Below are positions 59,456 through 64,000 of a stretch of DNA of 64,000 nucleotides, piece after piece (the first letter of the stretch is position 1; every line of letters begins with the position of its first letter). The position numbers and the translations under genes were made by a program. The notes below the pieces were generated by a model. The model did not search any database. It saw nothing but the letters and a program-made list of their open reading frames with translations, and was not told the DNA's origin. The DNA comes from Treponemataceae bacterium (GTDB taxonomy: Bacteria; Spirochaetota; Spirochaetia; Treponematales; Rectinemataceae): the NCBI GenBank assembly GCA_963667725.2, contig CAXXHO010000003.1, positions 1,056,001 through 1,120,000 on the forward strand, read 5' to 3'.

Positions 59456-60990
59456 GATTCTCCTCCTGAAGAACAAGCCAGTAATTCCTTGATGCGAAGC
59501 TCGTCGAGGTGGATGAAAAGGTTCTTTTCGAGGGTGGGGATGACCAAGCCCTTAGGTCCATCTTTTACGCGCCGCAAATATTTAGCCTGAGTATAATACA
59601 CATTGCCTTCCATGTTTTTTCGCGCCTTAGAATAATAGAGCGCCAGATTAGCCGCGTCCAGCATTATATCGAGCGGGAAGGTCTTCGAACGCTGAGCCTT
59701 GATGAATACGTACGATCCAGAATAATCGCGTGCGTGAAGCCAGAGGTCTGAGCCGCGTATATGATGCCTCAAGAGTTCGTCGTTTTCTTTAGCCGATCTC
59801 CCAACGAGCATGGTCCAGCTCTTGTACTCCAGCCAGATGCATGGAAATTTACGGGTCGACTGTTCGCGAACCGTCCCTGCTTTTTCCAGCGCCTTCGCGA
59901 TGGCGAAGGGATCGTTTTCCGCTCGCATCCTCGTAAGCCAGATCTTCGCCTCTTCCTGCTCGTAATTCAGCCTTGCGAGCTCCTTGCCGATTTCCTCCAG
60001 GCCAGAGGAAGCCTTGCGAAATTTTTCATAGTACTTCTGAGCGTTTTCCACATTGCTCAGCGAGGGATCGATCTGTATTGAAACATGCTTGTCGGCATAG
60101 AAATCGTGGGCTTCGATGAATGCGCTCGAACCGGAACGCGGATTTTTAGACGTCGAAGAGTCGAACCCTCCTGCCATCAGGATGTCGCCGATCTGTTTGT
60201 AGCGTTCCGCGTCGCCGTAATCCTTGAGAAGAAGCCTGAGTTCGGTTTCGCGCGTTTCCATGAGGCGCATGCGCTTTTCAAAACGCTCGTTGGCGCGAAG
60301 CCGCATGTTGTCGAGGGACAGCTCACCCGCCTTGTTTCCATAATGGATCGCCACGCGCTCCGAAAAGCTTCCGTCGCCTTCCAGGTCGCGAATGGCGAAT
60401 TTTTCGTTCTTCCTGGCCATCTCATCGGCGTCGGGAACCTGCAGTGATGATTCGATGAGGCAGAGTTCGCCCGAGCTTTCGCCTTTTTCCGGCTTTCTCA
60501 ATAAAGCATCGACGATGAGGTTGTTCTCATCGACAAGGAAGATATTCCCGGCCGCGCCGCTCCATAGTCGGGCATAGATGGCGTAGCTTCTTGAAGGAGC
60601 GCGCGGTATGCCGTTGGAAGTCTTTCCCATATCCGCACGTTCGGGCTCAGATAGCTCGGTTTCCTCGTCCACCGGCATGGTGAGGGAAATTTTCACTATC
60701 CGGTCCGAGGCGAGCTGTTCCACCGAATCGATTCTGCCGCCTCGAATGCGGGACTTGAGGCACTCCATGAAACGCAATGGCCTTTCGTTCTTGACAGGCA
60801 GCTCGGAGAGCGCGTGGATTCTGCACGCACCGGCTGAAACGCTTATGAGAATATCCTGCCGGCCTTCTGCCGTTCCGAAGGTTTCAAGAATGATCGTATC
60901 GTAGGATGGCTGCAGAACCTTCTGTATTCTCGTGCCGACCAGCTTCAGCTCGGACAGAACGAGATCGATTTCCTTGAAATTGAGCGACAT
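59452..60990 (-). CDS. NFACT/RqcH-like protein
   Basis: MSLNFKEI, DRIV, ENAQKYY, VGRSAKEND, LWLHARDYSGSYV, YYSKAR. Confidence 0.9.
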   Translation of the reverse strand: MSLNFKEIDLVLSELKLVGTRIQKVLQPSYDTIILETFGTAEGRQDILISVSAGACRIHALSELPVKNERPLRFMECLKSRIRGGRIDSVEQLASDRIVKISLTMPVDEETELSEPERADMGKTSNGIPRAPSRSYAIYARLWSGAAGNIFLVDENNLIVDALLRKPEKGESSGELCLIESSLQVPDADEMARKNEKFAIRDLEGDGSFSERVAIHYGNKAGELSLDNMRLRANERFEKRMRLMETRETELRLLLKDYGDAERYKQIGDILMAGGFDSSTSKNPRSGSSAFIEAHDFYADKHVSIQIDPSLSNVENAQKYYEKFRKASSGLEEIGKELARLNYEQEEAKIWLTRMRAENDPFAIAKALEKAGTVREQSTRKFPCIWLEYKSWTMLVGRSAKENDELLRHHIRGSDLWLHARDYSGSYVFIKAQRSKTFPLDIMLDAANLALYYSKARKNMEGNVYYTQAKYLRRVKDGPKGLVIPTLEKNLFIHLDELRIKELLACSSGGES

Positions 60991-61023
60991 TCTACATCCT
61001 GGCGCGTCCCGCGCGCCCTGCCT

Positions 61024-63834
61024 TTACCGTCCGTGGCAGTGCTTGTATTTTTTGCCCGAACCGCAGGGACAAGGATCGTTGCGGCCTACTTTTTCGCCGC
61101 TGCGCATGACAGTGACGTTCTCGGGCGTCGAAGCTTCCGATATCTGAGAACCCTGTGGTCTCTTGGAGAAAGAAGGCTCGGGGCCGCCGGCCTGGGGTTC
61201 AGACGCGGTGAACTGCCCTGAGCTTTCGTGGTGAGCCATAGCCACGGGCTCCTTAGCTGGAATCTTGCGCTCTTCCTCAGCCCTGATCTGGACCCTGAGG
61301 ACTCTCGAGGCGATGTTCCGCCTAATGTCGTCGATGAGGTGCTCGAAGATATCCGACCCTTCGATCTTGTACTCAAGAAGAGGGTTCTTCTGGGCATAGG
61401 AGCGCAGATAGACGGCTTCGCGCAAGCCCTCCATCGTATCCAGATGGTCCAGCCATTTATTGTCGATCTCCTGCAGGTACTGATAGCGGATGAAGTTGTT
61501 CAGATTGGCTTGGCCCGCCAGCGCGAGCTTCTGGTCCAGATCGGCATCCAGGCGCTTTTTGACGTTGCCGTAGAAGACCGAGGCGGATGGACTCTGAGCC
61601 GAGGCGACGGAAGCGGAGAGGAGGGAAGCAACCTCGGCTGCGGTCATCGTGACGCCGAAGGTGTCGCGGAGGAGAAGGGGAAGCTCCGAGGCGACGAGTT
61701 TATCGCCGGATTTCTGGCGCCCGAGAGCGTCTGAAGTCATGGAGGCGAGCATTTCCTCGGCGCTTGCGCGCACTCTGTCGAGCAGCTCCTCGTCCTTGAG
61801 AATGGCGTTCCTCTGGTCATAGATGAAGCCGCGCTGATTGTTGAGTACGTCGTCGTACTCGAGAAGATGCTTTCTTATCTCGAAGTTGCGCTCTTCTACT
61901 TTTTTCTGGGCGCTCTCGATGGTTCGGTTGAGGAGGGGATGGTAGATGGGCTCGCCGGGTTTCATGCCCACCTTACTCATCATGTTCTTGAAGTTTTCGC
62001 CCCCAAAAAGGCGCATAAGGTCGTCGTCGAGGGAGATGAAGAAGGCCGAACGGCCCGGATCTCCCTGGCGGCCCGATCTTCCGCGCAGCTGGTTGTCGAT
62101 TCGCCTCGATTCATGGCGCTCGGTTCCTATGACGCATAGCCCGCCCAGGCTCCGAACCTCGTCGAAGTCCTTCTTCCAGGTTTCGTACTCACCGGCCATG
62201 ATTCTGGCGAATTCCTCATCCGTGGCTGACGTTCCGGCTTTCCGGCGCGCCCTGAACTCGGGGTTGCCGCCCAGCTTAATGTCGGTTCCGCGGCCCGCCA
62301 TATTCGTCGCTATGGTCACGGAACCCTTGGCTCCGGCTTCCGCGATGATGAGGGCCTCACGCGCGTGGTTCTTGGCGTTGAGTACTTCGTGCGGAACGCC
62401 GCGGCGTGCGAGAAGCTGTGACAGTTTCTCGGATTTCTCTATGGAGACAGTACCCACGAGGATGGGCTGGCCTTTCTTGTGTGCTTTCTCGATTTCCTCG
62501 CTTATTGCCTCGAATTTCTCGGCTTCGTTGAGGAAGACGAGGTCGTCTTCGTCGGCGCGCACGAGAGGTCGGTTCGAAGGGATAACGACTACATCGAGAC
62601 TATATATTTTATTGAACTCTGGCGCTTCAGTGTCGGCAGTTCCAGTCATTCCGCATATTTTATCATACATGCGGAAGTAGTTCTGAAAGGTGATTGTGGC
62701 GAGCGTGCGATTTCGTCTGGCGATTTTTATTCTTTCGCTGGCTTCGATGGCTTCATGGAGACCGTCGGAGTAACGTCTGCCGTGGAGAATGCGGCCGGTG
62801 AATTCGTCGACGATCTGGACGAGACCGTCCTGGACGACGTAGTCGACATCTTTCTGGAAGAGTCTCTGGGCGCGAACGGACTGCGTAAAATAATGGGCGA
62901 ACTGAAAGTTGCCTTCCTCGAAGAGACTGCCTTTGATGAGGCCGCGCTTCTGGAGCAGTTCCTCGATATGGTTTAGGCCCTGGCTCGTGAACATGACGCG
63001 CTTCGATTTCTCGTCGATCCTGTAATCTCCTTCCGAAACCTCGCCGTTCGCCTCGTCAGGGTACTCCCCCGTATCCGGATTTTTAGTGACTTCGGTGAGG
63101 GAGAGGGCAAGACGATTTACCTCATTCACCTTGTAGGTGTCGTCTTCGGCGGGACCGGAAATGATGAGGGGCGTTCTCGCCTCATCGATGAGAATGGAGT
63201 CTATTTCGTCGACGATGCAGTAATTGTGTCCTCGCTGGACTCTAGACTCGGGAGTCCAGGTCATATTGTCGCGGAGGTAATCGAAACCGAACTCATTGTT
63301 CGTCCCGTAGGTTATGTCGCAGGCGTAAGCCTTCCGCCTTGCGTCATTGTCCATATTGGAAAGAATGCAGCCGACGCTCAATCCCAGAAACTGGAATATC
63401 TTGCCCATCCACTGGCTGTCTCGTTCGGCCAGGTAATCGTTGACCGTGACGATGTGAACGCCCTTGCCGGCAATCGCGTTGACGTACGCGGCGCTCACCG
63501 AGGACAGGGTTTTTCCTTCGCCGGTCTTCATCTCCACGATCTTGCCCTGATGAAGGACGAGGCTGCCCATCATCTGGACATCGAATGGTCTTTCCCCGAG
63601 AATCCTTCGGGCAGCTTCGCGCGACAGGGCAAAAGCTTCGGGCAGAAGGGCGTCCAGGGATTCGCCTTGAGCGAGCCTCGCCCTGAAAGTTTCGGTCTGC
63701 GCGGGGAAGTCGTCGTCCTTGAGGGCTATGGCCCAGGATTCTTTCGCGTTTATGGTGTGAAGCACTGGAAGCAGGGTTTTGACATCCCTCTCTCGCTTGG
63801 AGCCGAGGAATGCGGTAAGCAGATTGATAGCCAT
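61024..63834 (-). CDS. secA: Preprotein translocase ATPase SecA
   Basis: [41 protein letters not shown]-terminal [12 protein letters not shown]; start moved to ATG 63834. Confidence 0.97.
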   Translation of the reverse strand: MAINLLTAFLGSKRERDVKTLLPVLHTINAKESWAIALKDDDFPAQTETFRARLAQGESLDALLPEAFALSREAARRILGERPFDVQMMGSLVLHQGKIVEMKTGEGKTLSSVSAAYVNAIAGKGVHIVTVNDYLAERDSQWMGKIFQFLGLSVGCILSNMDNDARRKAYACDITYGTNNEFGFDYLRDNMTWTPESRVQRGHNYCIVDEIDSILIDEARTPLIISGPAEDDTYKVNEVNRLALSLTEVTKNPDTGEYPDEANGEVSEGDYRIDEKSKRVMFTSQGLNHIEELLQKRGLIKGSLFEEGNFQFAHYFTQSVRAQRLFQKDVDYVVQDGLVQIVDEFTGRILHGRRYSDGLHEAIEASERIKIARRNRTLATITFQNYFRMYDKICGMTGTADTEAPEFNKIYSLDVVVIPSNRPLVRADEDDLVFLNEAEKFEAISEEIEKAHKKGQPILVGTVSIEKSEKLSQLLARRGVPHEVLNAKNHAREALIIAEAGAKGSVTIATNMAGRGTDIKLGGNPEFRARRKAGTSATDEEFARIMAGEYETWKKDFDEVRSLGGLCVIGTERHESRRIDNQLRGRSGRQGDPGRSAFFISLDDDLMRLFGGENFKNMMSKVGMKPGEPIYHPLLNRTIESAQKKVEERNFEIRKHLLEYDDVLNNQRGFIYDQRNAILKDEELLDRVRASAEEMLASMTSDALGRQKSGDKLVASELPLLLRDTFGVTMTAAEVASLLSASVASAQSPSASVFYGNVKKRLDADLDQKLALAGQANLNNFIRYQYLQEIDNKWLDHLDTMEGLREAVYLRSYAQKNPLLEYKIEGSDIFEHLIDDIRRNIASRVLRVQIRAEEERKIPAKEPVAMAHHESSGQFTASEPQAGGPEPSFSKRPQGSQISEASTPENVTVMRSGEKVGRNDPCPCGSGKKYKHCHGR

Positions 63835-63889
63835 GGCTGTAAGAATACTTCCGGCTAAGGAAAGGGTCAAGGAAGTAAGGATAATGTCA

Positions 63890-63922
63890 GCGCCATAGTA
63901 ATGGCCGCGCCATAGTAATGGC
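63890..63922. repeat. Two tandem 16-bp repeats GCGCCATAGTAATGGC, each palindromic
   Basis: Copies at 63890-63905 and 63907-63922; each contains GCCAT-agta-ATGGC. Confidence 0.9.
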
Positions 63923-64000
63923 GTTGACATTCGCCGCTCCTGCGGGTAAGGATGGATATCGCGATGAAACCCGCTTTGTCATGCTTTTTATGCGCTCCGC

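Noticed and set aside
20289..64000. Defence systems, reverse transcriptases, toxins or phage genes in the core part
   Set aside because: All substantial ORFs are explained as housekeeping, transport or regulatory genes, and no such motifs were seen.

Overview
The gene content points to a free-living spirochaete (Treponemataceae/Rectinema-like); this is inferred, not proven. The window has two parts. (1) About 1-20410 is an AT-richer accessory region abutting the 3' end of a tRNA-Gly(TCC). It holds a tyrosine integrase cut off by an intact IS3-family element, a second IS3 remnant, a tmRNA-like 3' fragment with a terminator at 535-557, and 12-bp-period repeats resembling integrase arm sites. 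Its cargo is two catabolic modules. Module A is IclR + M20 amidohydrolase + M19 dipeptidase + a TctBCA transporter. Module B is a CitA/CitB-type two-component system + two DUF6305-like exported proteins + an atypical gamma-glutamyltransferase + a DctM-like permease + an unlisted 49-aa membrane protein + an AstE/AspA-family deacylase, followed by a GC-rich malic enzyme. (2) About 20700-64000 is core genome: V-type ATPase operon, ispG, ArsR, mfd, a LoaP-led operon with a degenerate xanthine-dehydrogenase-like trio, ligA, argS, rplU-rpmA-obgE-nadD-yqeK-LCP-rsfS, a very acidic small protein, ispE-spoVG-tRNA-Gln-rplY-tilS-ftsH, an S1C protease, a hybrid kinase, an ABC transporter, NFACT and secA. 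The best candidates for poorly described biology are the DUF6305/non-canonical TRAP/GGT/deacylase module, the LoaP-degenerate Xdh operon and an apparent set of leaderless core genes. Family assignments come from motifs read by eye; no searches were run.
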